A stretch of DNA of 63,970 bases, filler included, from Klebsormidium nitens (Eukaryota > Plantae > Klebsormidiophyceae): NCBI GenBank assembly GCA_000708835.1. It is 5 parts of 5 records of this genome, joined end to end, with 100 filler letters (N's around TTAATTAATTAA, not from the genome) between each part and the next. Parts side by side here need not be neighbours in the genome. Positions count along the whole stretch, not along the records: positions 31,147 to 49,795 come from DF237915.1; 4 more parts are not named here. One strand, given 5' to 3'. This document shows positions 37,901 through 48,650 of the stretch, piece by piece. A program made the translations under genes and the position numbers. Below the pieces are notes generated by a model that saw only the letters and a list, made by a program, of their open reading frames with translations, was not told the DNA's origin and did not search any database. Within the stretch, counting starts at the first letter, position 1, and every line of letters starts with the position of its first letter.

Positions 37901-38919
37901 GAGTCCCTCAGGAAGCACCTTTTGCTAAGCTTTCAGAGTCAACTTCAAGGGTCGTCAGCCAGCTGGCCACATGCTCTGGGCTGGGCAAGTACAATTCGGA
38001 CGGTTTCTTGTTAGTCCTCAGTTGCTGGCGGCCTTTCTGAAGCGTCCGCAAGAGGTCGCCGGTGTTGTGGTAGTGCAGGCTGAGGCTGGCTGTTACGACT
38101 TTCCGAACATGGTGGTTTGTCTTGTGACCTGTTCAGGTGGTGGATCCCACAAAGGGTGCGCAACTCAAGGTTCGAGAAAGAGACTCCCTCCTTCTGACCT
38201 TTGATGCTCTTCATGCAAATTCCGGATACAACCATGGGGGACTCCGCCCAACACTCCCCCAACTGCTTAAGCCTCCAACAACAGACATATGGCCTCCCAG
38301 AAGCCGTCTCCCCGCCAGAGTTCCAAGTCCTAGTGAGGAGCGCGCTTCTGCAGACTACTGTAAGGGGGCAGCGCGTCTTTCGAAGGAACGCAGGGAGCGT
38401 GTGCAGGCTGGCAAGAGAGGTGTGCGGGTCGGCAGGTCTTGACTGGTCAGAGGCTGCCTGGCATGGGTCGCTGACCGCTGCAATGAGCGGCCTGGAGGGG
38501 CTCACTAGCGTCCAAGAATCGGCCATGCTCGAGGGCTTCAGGCAAGTTATTGCCTCGGCGGCTGCGGCCCACCTTGAGGGGCTGAAGCAGCCGGGTAAGG
38601 TGCGGGCCCGCAGAGCTAAACCCCAAAGCCCAAGCCCAATCCCCCCGGGCAAGCACACCGGCAATGATTGCAACAAGCAGCTGGGGGCACGTTCAGGTAA
38701 GCCATTGGGTTGCGTCTAAGTCCTGGTCTAAGTCCTGGTCAGTCTGGTCAGGCGATGCTAGGTCATTGGGGCTGTATTGACGGGGTGGGGAATCAAGTAC
38801 AGGGGAAGTAGTCAGTGAACTGGCTCTGACTGGGTGTGCCAGCATGTATTGCAGCGCCCCAATTGCATGCAGCGCTGTATTGCTTGCCAGTTTTAAAGGG
38901 CTTTTTCAAGCTTCTTCAC

Positions 38920-39230
38920 GTGCCAAGCTTTGCCTCTTTCTCTTTTAGAGTATAAGAGGTTGTTTCTTGGTACATGCTGTCAGCTACAAAGTCCTAATTA
39001 GGCATCTCAGCTAATATGGCAGGGGTCGCCGTCCCTTCAGTGTACCAAGGTTGCCAGTTTCTTTTTAAAAGTATAAGAGGCCGAATCTTGGTACATGCTG
39101 TCAACTACAAAGTCCTAATTAGGAATCTCAGCTGATATGGCAGGGGTCGCCGTCCCTGCAGTGCACCAAGGTTGCCTGTTTCTCTTTAGAGTATAAGAGG
39201 CCGAATCTTGGTACACGCTGTCAACTACAA
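38920..39230 (-). repeat. ~120-bp palindromic-core minisatellite, cluster 1 (3 copies, inverted relative to clusters 3 and 4)
   Basis: TG(T/C)ACCAAG...~35 nt...CTTGGTACA cores at ~38920 (degenerate left arm), 39042 and 39162. Confidence 0.85.
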
Positions 39231-40170
39231 ACTCCCAACCCCACTAGGTCAGAAGAAAGTGTGATGATTGCAAAAGGTGGGGGTGGGTTGCGGCGCACAT
39301 CAAGTTTTGCATGCCTCTCTCAGTTCAGACTCCAGGTTCTTACCCAAACTCTGTCTTCTTTTTCAGACCCACATACTCTTCACTGCGACGAGTGCGCTGC
39401 CACCACAGAGTTCGGGCTACGAGGAAGCAAGGACGGGGGGAAGGTCAAGTACTTTTGCAGAGGGCATGTCGAGTCAAGTGGCTGCTTTCGTGTCGACAAA
39501 GATCGCGCAGGTAAGAGCATGTCATCATTTCGGCGCGGTCCATGTACGCGAAGCTCTGAGCTGTTCGAGCCCTTGTCCGCCTGCATCTTCAGTCTTGAGT
39601 CCATACCCTATACAGCAGTGTATCAAACACCTTCTGCGCCTCAAGTGCAGCTTGGACGCAGAATCGGGTTGAATGGCGCTTGAAGGCAGAGCTTGCTAGA
39701 CTCGAAGAGGAGCTGCGGCAACTGGGAGGGGCATCGTCCACTACGGATGATTGCGGCCAGGGTTGCTGCCTGTCAGGTGAGCGTTATGATTCAGACATGC
39801 TGGCAGATTCGTCCGAGGCTGGACATGCGGCATGCGGCAGGTTTGTTCGAGCCTTGCCACGAGTCTTTTCCAGTTGCCTCTGCGGCCGACGGCTTGCTGT
39901 GATCCATCATATGACCCTGGACTCAGTGCCTCGTTTACCATTTGCAGCTTGCAACGAATCCTGGCAGAACGCGGCGCACTGGGATTCAACGCCTAAGAGC
40001 AGATCGCTTATAGGTGAGACAACCGATGGCAGCGCTAGCTCTGGAAGCATGCGGTTGGTGCATCTCAGGTGTTGACGGTTCCTTTGTTTGCACGAATCCT
40101 GCGTCCAGCAAGCAGCACTTGCCCGTGCTTCAAACGAACCGTGTTCCCTGCAGCAAAGCTTCTGGCGATC

Positions 40171-40197
40171 GGTTGCGTGGAAAGCAACCCCGGACCT
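40171..40197 (+). other. 2A/StopGo-like ribosomal skipping motif GCVESNPG|P
   Basis: ggt tgc gtg gaa agc aac ccc gga cct, in frame in exon 40154-40284. Spliced context is SRSLI|AKLLAIGCVESNPGP; it matches the G-D-(V/I)-E-x-N-P-G-P consensus except D>C. Confidence 0.6.
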
Positions 40198-40672
40198 GTG
40201 CTGGACGAGGTGACTGCAGCTTCGGGCGAGACCCGGCCACGGGATGTTGGCGGTCGGCCACCCATCCAGATTCCATCTCTTCGGGTAAGCCTTTCCCAAT
40301 GTGACATGGGTGTTTTGTGACATCTGCCTTCAAGTGACTTGGCTCAATCGAGTAGCTCACAGTTCTGTTACCGAGAACGGGTTCTTTGCTGGCAGTTCAT
40401 GGCAAGTGCATGCCGTTTTTCTCATGAAAGCATCATTCCCTACATTTGTGCTGCGCAGAAGGTTCATCCGGCACCATCCCAGGATCAACCTAACGTCGAG
40501 CGCATATATGCCGCCTCCTATGCGGATTGGCGGAAGAACAGTGGGCTGAGCGAGCAGGTGAGTCCTTTGCCCGAGCAATTTGAAAATGGCCGTTGCATGA
40601 GGAGGTGCAGCTTGCCGACTACGGACTATCCGTCCGGGCCTTGTTTGTTGAGAGACGGAGGTTTGCAGGGGA

Positions 40673-40840
40673 TGTACCAAGCTCTGCCCTCTTCTCTTTA
40701 GAGTAGAACATGGCAATTCTTGGTACAGCGCAGTCAATCACAGTGACCTGCTAGAAACGGCCGGCCTTGAGAGGATGTACCAAGCTTTGCCCTCTTCTCT
40801 CTTGAGTAGTAAATGGTCGATTCTTGGTACACGTGCCATC
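40673..40840 (-). repeat. Palindromic-core minisatellite, cluster 2 (2 copies)
   Basis: TGTACCAAG...CTTGGTACA at 40673-40727 and 40776-40831. The flank gcgcagtcaa is the reverse complement of the ttgactgcgc flank seen at 43 kb. Confidence 0.85.
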
Positions 40841-41151
40841 AATTCAAGGTTCTTCAGTTCGCAACTTTTCGAGTATTCTCTTAATTGATCTGCTCTCTTC
40901 TACCCCTGTTATTGATCTTGAGCAAGCTTGTTTCCCACTTGAACGCTGCCTTTGTGCAGTGGTCTCCTGCAGTCCTATGCAAGCTTCTCATGCCGTCCCT
41001 CTTGCAGGCTGTGCCCGGCAAGCCTACGGCGGTGCCCGAGTCCGAGGGCGTCGTTGAACCTACTACCCTCGTCCCTCTTCAAGAACCACATACTGCTGGC
41101 GTCCCGGCGGAGGTAAGTAGACTACACCAGTTATATTGGTCGATTCACTTC

Positions 41152-41535
41152 TCAGTGAAGCCACCGACTTTGCTCGTAGAGCCTCTCGTTGTAGGAGTCC
41201 TCGAGGTAAGTCCGGTCTTTGGTATCATAATCAAGAAACGGAAGGCCCTCTTTGTCTTTGTACAGCCACCGACCTCCAAAGAAGCGTACCACGAAACCAA
41301 CGGGGCCCTTCACCTCGAAACCACCTCCTTGCTTGCATTTCCAAAACATTGCCGGCCAATCGAGATTCCTTGTCCAAGCGCCGCACCTGTACTCTTGTGA
41401 AACCGCGTCGATTGCCTCTGTAACCGCACTTAGAAACATCCTTGCCGACTCGCATGCATCTCTGTGATCATCGGCAAATTTGAAGAGGTCGCTGAGCTGC
41501 TTGTCCGACAGGCCCATGTATGCTTTGGTAGCCAT
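41152..41535 (-). CDS. Intronless 127-aa ORF nested antisense in an intron of gene A; unknown product
   Basis: ATG-initiated, with globular-looking composition (aromatic and charged residues), lying between gene A exons 41008-41112 and 41804-41971. No motif recognised. Confidence 0.4.
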   Translation of the reverse strand: MATKAYMGLSDKQLSDLFKFADDHRDACESARMFLSAVTEAIDAVSQEYRCGAWTRNLDWPAMFWKCKQGGGFEVKGPVGFVVRFFGGRWLYKDKEGLPFLDYDTKDRTYLEDSYNERLYEQSRWLH

Positions 41536-42066
41536 CAGCCCGAAATTTGCTCCTTTGGTGGCGAAGTCATTCCCCTAAGCTCATTCGGCTTCACTCCTAG
41601 CAGGTCGATGATTCCTCTGCAAGCACGACTGTTTCGAGCCTCGAGGACTCCGAGGACGTGAACCTTGGCAAGTTTGTTTCCTGGAGGAAGGCCAGAGCTG
41701 CGGAGGTCAGCGAAGCTGCATCCGGACCTACATAGATGTGCGCTGTTCCTTGCATGTCGGCCTTTGAGCAGAGGTGTCTTGTGCGGGTTTGGGGTTGCTG
41801 CAGGGTGGTTCGGAGCCGTTTCGGCTCGATGCAGACGAAGAGGCCCGCGGTATGGCCCCAAACCCGACGGCAGCTGGCGAGCAGGCGGAGGAGCTGACGC
41901 CGGTGGACAGACTGGAGGAGGAGTCGACGCTAGCAGGCAGGTTGGAGGAGGGGCCCGCGCTACCGGATGAGGTAATGTCTGCTCGGAGAAGATTGTGAGC
42001 ATTGTAGGCTAGACATGGGCCGTGAACGTTACTTAGGGGAATCGAACAACCCGAGTAGAGCAAGTT

Positions 42067-42490
42067 ATGGGGTACTCCACCAAGTTCACCGGCCGTTTTG
42101 CGCTTTCCAAGCCGCTCAGTAAGGAACAGCATGATATTCTCCAGCAAGTACAGCTGCACCGTCATATTGAGGGCTCGCTGCCCCCATACACGGTCGCTGG
42201 AGACTGTGACGTGCTGCTCGTTCATAATGAGAACCGGCGTTGCCGGTGTGATAGGTGTGAAGGGGCTGATCTGTGTCCACCGTTTCCACGGTATTGCCAG
42301 TGGATACTTTCTCCGAATGGCCGTGCTCTCATGTGGGACGGCGGGGAGAAATTCTATTGCTATCTGGCCCTGGTTGAAGTATCTGATGTCGCACTTTTTT
42401 CTGCCTTGGGGAGTGGAACTGAAGGGGACTGTCAGATGGCGCGGCAATGGGAAGAGTGATTGTGGCGTGATTGTGGTCCAGTCCAACGAG
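42067..42490 (+). pseudogene. Phage/virus-type conserved hypothetical domain (MGYSTKFTGRFAL...CQW...WDGGEKFY..PWLKYLMSHFFLPWGVELKGTVRW), +1 frameshift at ~42366
   Basis: ORF 42067-42459 joined to the frame of 42098-42514 reconstructs a motif pattern I recall from small uncharacterised phage proteins. It is flanked by a possible phase-0 acceptor (42060) and donor (42491). Confidence 0.55.
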
Positions 42491-43059
42491 GTCTGCGCAC
42501 GTGCCTTACCTTGATCAACTTCCGACGAGAACCAGACAACCAGCACCCTTCGATCTTGAAGCCTCTTGAAATTTCGGCAGTATCTCAAACCCTCTTAGAG
42601 GCCTCTAAACGTTCTTGCTTTTGTCGCGGTGGCTTTCCACTGAAGCAGCTAGCTGACGCCACCTTGTGAAGGGCCAAGAACGTAAACCAAAAGCTCTTGA
42701 ACGTGCACTCAACCTTTTTCCTCACGCAGGATCCGGAAGACGCCAGCGAGAGCATCGAAGACTCATCCGGAGAGACGGAAACGGAGGAAGAGCCGGACTC
42801 CAGCGATCTGAGCGCCATGGATGATTCTGAACAATCCAATGACGATCCCAACCTGCACCGTGCCGTTGACCAGACGCGAGAGAAAGAGAAGCTGCCACGG
42901 TCTGTGAATGCTGCTCTCGCTGGCATGCGCTTAGAAACGGAGAGGAGGCGCCAACAAGAAGAAGCGTCGGGCTCTGATCGGATTCGCCAGTCTGCCGTGT
43001 CCGACTTCGACCCTGGTTCCGGGTCGGATCACAAGTGAGAGAGACTGTACGTTTTTGAG

Positions 43060-43620
43060 GGTGAACTATGGTTGACTGCGCTGTACCAAGAATTGCATTT
43101 TACTCTTCTAGAAAGACACAGGCGAAACTTTGTACATGACTGCAGGAACGACCATGCCTGTGAGTTTCCGAAATATGTTTTGTAGTTGACTTTGCTGTAC
43201 CAGGATTCGCTCTGTACTTTTCTAAAGAGAGACAAGCAAACTTTGGTACATCACTGCAGGAACGGGCATGCTCAAGTGTGAGTTTCTGCTCGGGCACTGT
43301 CATGGATTGGGTTGTACCAAGATTCGCCCTTTTCTTTTCTAAAGAGAAACTCGCAAACTTTGGGACGTCACCAGTTGCAGACCCCCCATGCATGTGTGTT
43401 TTCGAAGAATCTAGCTTTTCTAGTTGACTGCGTTGTACCAAGAATCGCCCTTTACTCTTCTAACCTGGAGAAACAAGTGAATCTTCGTAGAACACTGTAG
43501 AAACGCCCATGCCTGTGAGCTTTCGAAACGGTAGCTTTTGCAGTTGACTGCGTTGTACCAAGAAGCTTCACTTTTTCGAAGAGAAACAGGTGAACTTGCT
43601 ACAGGCACCGTTTTGTGGTA
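43060..43620 (+). repeat. Palindromic-core minisatellite, cluster 3 (5 copies, period 114-121 bp)
   Basis: TGTACCA(A/G)G at 43082, 43196, 43313, 43434 and 43554, each followed by a pyrimidine run, a purine run, a degenerate CTTGGTACA and a variant of ctgcaggaacg..catgc. Confidence 0.9.
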
Positions 43621-44898
43621 TGCCATCGGACCGTTTTTGCCAGACTTTGGACACGAAGACTTATAGTTTGTTACCCGCAGAGGGCATTGATCTGAATATT
43701 GTGTGTTCCTTTTTATTCAGGGAGCAAGGCGCCGCTCATGGGCTGTCCCAAGGCTTCACCGCTGTGCCGGAGCCGGAGATCCGCTCGGAGCCTCTGACCG
43801 GGAATGAGGTGTTCAAAAAGGACGAGTTCCGTGTTCTGCGAGTGCACGAATTCGGCACCAATTGCTTCCATCAAGCTGGAAAGAACTTGAGCCGTTTTCG
43901 TAAGCACTTCATGCAACAAGAGGCCGCCCTGCTCAACCATGGAGTGCAAGTGGCCCTCCACAAGTTCTCTGGCAACCGTACCGAAGCAGGGGTTCCAATC
44001 GCTTGGCGCAGCTTCGCCTCCTATCCTAATTGGGAGACAGCCCAGGGAAACCTCGAAGGCCACGGCTCTGTCTTTGAGGTCATCCAAAACGGGAGGCCGT
44101 GCAAGCCCTACTTAGATCTGGACGGCAAGGACGGGCTCCCCTTAAAGTGCAAGTCGAAGCAACCCGCTGCGGCCTCAGCCGGAACAGGGAAAGCCCAGGT
44201 GAAACTCCTGAAACGGGGCCCAGCACTCAGGCCGGGGAAGCCGCGGGCAGTGTAGAGGAACATGGGAAAGGCGGTGAGGGGCGGTTCAGGCGCGAGGAGG
44301 TGATTGAGATTATCGAGCGATGGGCAGTGGTCGTCTTCAAGGATTCATATGCCCTGGACTTAGAGCCAAGCAGCTTTGTCTGGTTAGAGAGTGGGGGGCA
44401 GACCAAGTTCAGCCTCCACCTAACAATCAACCAGCTTCTGCCCCGCCAGTTGGTCTTCCCATCGAATTCCGAGAATGGCGCATCACACTTTGCCACACAC
44501 CTCAAGCAGAGGCTACAACCCTGGCACCCCACTATTGCCCCCCTCATCGACTTGAACGTGTACTCAAAGGATCGGGAGTGGCGCACACCGGGAAGCGCCA
44601 AGGTCGAGAAACCGAAGAGCGTCCTGAGATTCCTGAAGCCTGCCCACACCTGGAGAGACGGGCTGGTGACTTGGCTGCAATCTCTCGAGGTAAGCTGTGT
44701 GGTTCCTGTCCTGGGGTTCGTTTGTGCTCCAACCGCTGCCAGTGAAGGGCTTTTCTAACCCTCTTTCCTTGTTTGAAGTGACAACTTCTCTCGTGCCCTG
44801 AAGCGTCATCAACGTGTTGGGTCGCTTTTCAGTCAACGAACAAAACAAGCCTGGTAACCAGATTGTAAACCCTCTAGTATGCAATTTCGACCAGTCGA

Positions 44899-45165
44899 TT
44901 TTGCTGCTAACCAATCCGCAAACCAGCTTTTTTGGTTGCTAACCAGCCTGCTCACTCTTCGTTTTGCTGCTAACCAGCCTCCTAACCAGCTGGTTTGCTG
45001 CTAACCAGTCCGCAAACCAGCTTTTTTAGTTGCTAACCAGCCTGCTACTTCTTCGTTTTGCTGCTAACCAGCCTCCTAACCAGCCGGTTTGCTGCTAACC
45101 AGCCTCCTAAGTCTTCGTTTTGCTGTCAACCAGCTTCCTAACCAGCTGGTTTGTGCCAACCAGCT
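44899..45165 (+). repeat. CTAACCAG-based simple repeat with ~94-bp higher-order duplication, in a gene A intron
   Basis: Many (g)ctaaccagc units; 44902-44995 is nearly identical to 44996-45090. Confidence 0.85.
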
Positions 45166-48100
45166 TCTCAGCCATTGTTCTTTCTTATTGTCGGGAGGAT
45201 TTGCTTCTAATCCACCTGTTGTACCAGACACATCGGTTCGCTGTTTACAGTCGCTTTACTGACTTTGCTTTCACTGGGCCCAGGGCCCAGTTTTCCTTTC
45301 AACCTATCTTTGTGAGGAGGTGGCCTTTTCTGATCACTTCAGCTCCTGAAAGAGCTCCCTTTCCTCTGTGCGCCTGTATGCTACTATTGCTGATCATGTG
45401 TTGTCGAACTGTGCTGCAGGCTTGCGAGGAGATCAAACTGCCGTTCCAGCTGCCTAAAAATATGCATCGGGGGTTCAGAACCCCTCAGCACATGACCCGC
45501 GAGGGGACCGGGCGAACTCCACAGAATGGGGCTTTCGTTAGAGCCCGCATGCTGCAGTTGCTCAGAGAGCGGCTGCACCCCACTGCCTACGAGGAGGGCC
45601 CCGATCGGTTCAACTACTTTGATCGCTTAGAGCCTTGCTACACCGATCGCATCCACGAGAACCATCAGAACCTCACCTGTCATCTGACCCCAAATAGCAA
45701 GATATATGCCCTATGTTTCTGCACCAACGTCGAAGGCGGGGGGTCAGAGTCACCCTGCCGGACCAAGGCCTTCTACCTCGGGGACCTGTTCGAGGACGAC
45801 ATCACCTACGACTCTGGGGCCGTCTGTGTGGACATGCAGTATCTCCAGCGGGACCCCCAGGCATCCAGCCCCGAGCTTCTGAGCGAAGTGGCCCGGGGTC
45901 AGGCGCAGGCCACAAATGCTTTCAAGCTCAACACTGTGGCTAACGAGTAGGTATTTGTTTGACTTTGTGTCTTCACTTGAGCACGAGACTACCTGACTCA
46001 AATGCTGATTTTGTACATTCGTATTGAGGATCTTGTCTTTAAGAGAAGAACGGCTGACTTGTGGTACATGTCTGTGCACTCTTGGCACGAGGACGATCTG
46101 CATTTCCATCCATCGTGACAAGATTGTAGGACTTGGTGTACACTTGCTGATCCAATCCGTTAAGCCTGTGCACTGAAAGGTCCCGCAGTTTGAAATCGTT
46201 TTCGCTGCATGCTTATCCACTCTTATACAGGTTGGAAACATACCTTGCCTGCAAGTTGAGCAAATGCGCGCTTTCTCCCCCTTGCATGTTTTCGAAAAGC
46301 ATCGGAATCAGTCGCCGTGTGTTCTGATCTTGAAGAAGAAGAAGAACTTCCCCTCAGTGCTCCGGCTACAGGGAGATTCGAGTGTGCTTTGGGCCCCTTT
46401 CATTTCATTCTAGACTGAGGAGAGCTGCCGTGTATAATCTGACGAACTCTATGGTACTTGCAGGTGGCTTGCGGGGGCTTTTCAGCTGCTTGCCATCCGC
46501 TCTGCGGTTAACACGGGCAAGACGGAGTTTTGCAGTAGGGTAGTCGAGGAGATCTTTTGCCAAGTCAATGGCCGCCTGCTCAAGATACTCATGATCACAT
46601 ATCGGGTTGCGCAAAGCCAAAGATCTGAAGAAGCGCTTTCCGGGTGCTGCAAACTACCTCGATCTGAAAGCAGACTACAACGACGAGTTGTTCCCTGATC
46701 CCGACGACCCCAACGACTTCCAAACTGCGCTTCAAAACCGGGGCAAGTTCCCCTGGGTAGTAGTTCAGGTGGACAGCCTCCTCGGCTTGCGTCCGCACGG
46801 GATCGGCGAGGTCGCCCCTTTCGACCTCGTCATTCTGGACGAGGCCGCCAGCATTCTGGCGCATCTGTCTTCTGCGACCTTGCGGTGCGGCCTGGAAACC
46901 GGCGAGCTGTTCCTCGAGATCGTGCAGAAGGCCAAGCGCGTCCTGGCGATGGACGACGGCTACGGCCAACGCGAGCACGACTTCTTCCAGCTGGCAAGGG
47001 TACCAGGGAAGCTCGTAATCAACATGCGACGGGCTCAGGTGGGTTCTCTTGCTCCATGTAGGTCTGCCCTCGATTCGAGCATGCTTTGAGTCTTCGTTCG
47101 AATTCTGGGTTGCATCCTTGCTGTTCCCACGCATTTGGTTCGACTGCCCTGATATGGGTCGAGACCTGCATATGTAAAGTTGCTTGGTTGCGCCTCGCTT
47201 CGTTTTGGTGCTGTGTTAGCATCCGTACAATGTGCATTGGTGTTCTGTAGAGCTTCAATGAATCACAACTTGCAAGGAGCAGCCTGCCTCGGTGACAATG
47301 ATTGATGTTATTGATATATCCATTGTTCACTCGTTCTGAACCTTGACTTGAATTGCGCTGCAGGTGCCTCTCACGTTTCAGGTCGGTAAAGACGAAGTGC
47401 GATGGCTGGATCGTATCGTTGACGATTTGTCGGCCAATAAGAACGTTGTTGTTGTCAGTATGTCGGCCCGCATCTTGGATAGGATTCGTGATCGGGTTAC
47501 GAGTCAGGGAGTCCAGGACACTCTGGGGCTCGACCCGGATCGGAACATCCTGATTCATAGAGCAATGAGCGGGGGGGACAACGTTGAGCTCTACTCGAGA
47601 ACGTAAGGGTCAACTGGAAGGTTCGACTGCTGATGTACAGCCCTTCAGTCGAGGCGGGGGTGAACTTCGACGAGGCTTGGTTTCACAGCAAGTACCTATA
47701 CATGTGCAAGAAGAGCACGACAGCTCGGGCTGTTTGGCAGGCTTCATTGAGGGTCCGCCAGACGAAAAGCCCCGTAGTGCACTGCTTCGTGCAGTCAGGC
47801 ATCTCTGTGCGGCTCGACGGTGCCCGCGTGGTCCCGTTGGCACATGCAGAAGGGCTGGTAAGTGATCCTTCTGTCGTGGTTGCTCTAGACAGGCTAGTAA
47901 GTCCGCTCGTGCATTGACTTCGCGTCTCCATGACAGAGTAAGCGATCAATGTTGACTCGATTGTGAACTTGCGTTGTCTCGCCTGTCGACACTGCACATT
48001 TGCTATATCCAAGCAGGATTGAACGTCGGATTATCGATGTTAGATGTGCCTTTTGAAGCCCCCTTTCACGTGGACTCTATGCTGAAGTTCTAACCCCTGA

Positions 48101-48334
48101 GCTGCTTCGATCCATTTGATGCAGGAGAGCGCTGCGGCGTCACCAACACAGTCAGAGCTGGATCAGGACGCGGAGGATGACGTGAGTCCCGAGGTACGTG
48201 CCAGCTTGCTATGCTTCTGGTTTGTTAAAGAATGCTTTTGGATTGCTTCTGATAGGGTTTCTTTCCGAGCAGGTCGGGAGTAATGGTTTAGTCTCTATTG
48301 ATCCATTTCGATGTTCATCATGAAAGTGTTACAG

Positions 48335-48650
48335 GTAGTGTTGTACCAAGATTTGCCTTTTACTTTTCTAGACAGAAACAGGCGATTCTCGGTCACTGCA
48401 GGAACGGCCATGCCTATGGTTTGTGGGGCGGCTAGCTTCAGTGGTTTGTTGGGCGGCTAGCTTTTGTGATTGACAGCATGTACCAAGGTTTGCCTTTTAC
48501 TTTTTTAGAGAGAAACTGGCGAATCTCGGTACATCACTGCAGGAACGGCTATGCCTAGCTTCTGTAATTGATTGCGTGGTACCAAGAATCGCCTTTTACT
48601 ATTCTAAAGAGAGACAAGCAAAATCTGGTACACGTTCTTCAGTAGAACAG
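48335..48650 (+). repeat. Palindromic-core minisatellite, cluster 4 (3 copies)
   Basis: (T/G)GTACCAAG cores at 48342, 48479 and 48578, with ggcgaatctcggtaca-type right arms. Confidence 0.88.

Noticed and set aside
41728-42588. 286-aa minus-strand ORF
   Set aside because: Antisense shadow of the plus-strand acidic exon and the phage-like domain.
43060-43620. Palindromic repeats with ~120-bp period as a possible CRISPR array
   Set aside because: The inter-core sequences are homologous to each other rather than unique spacers, the cores are degenerate, there are no cas genes, and the context is a eukaryotic intron.
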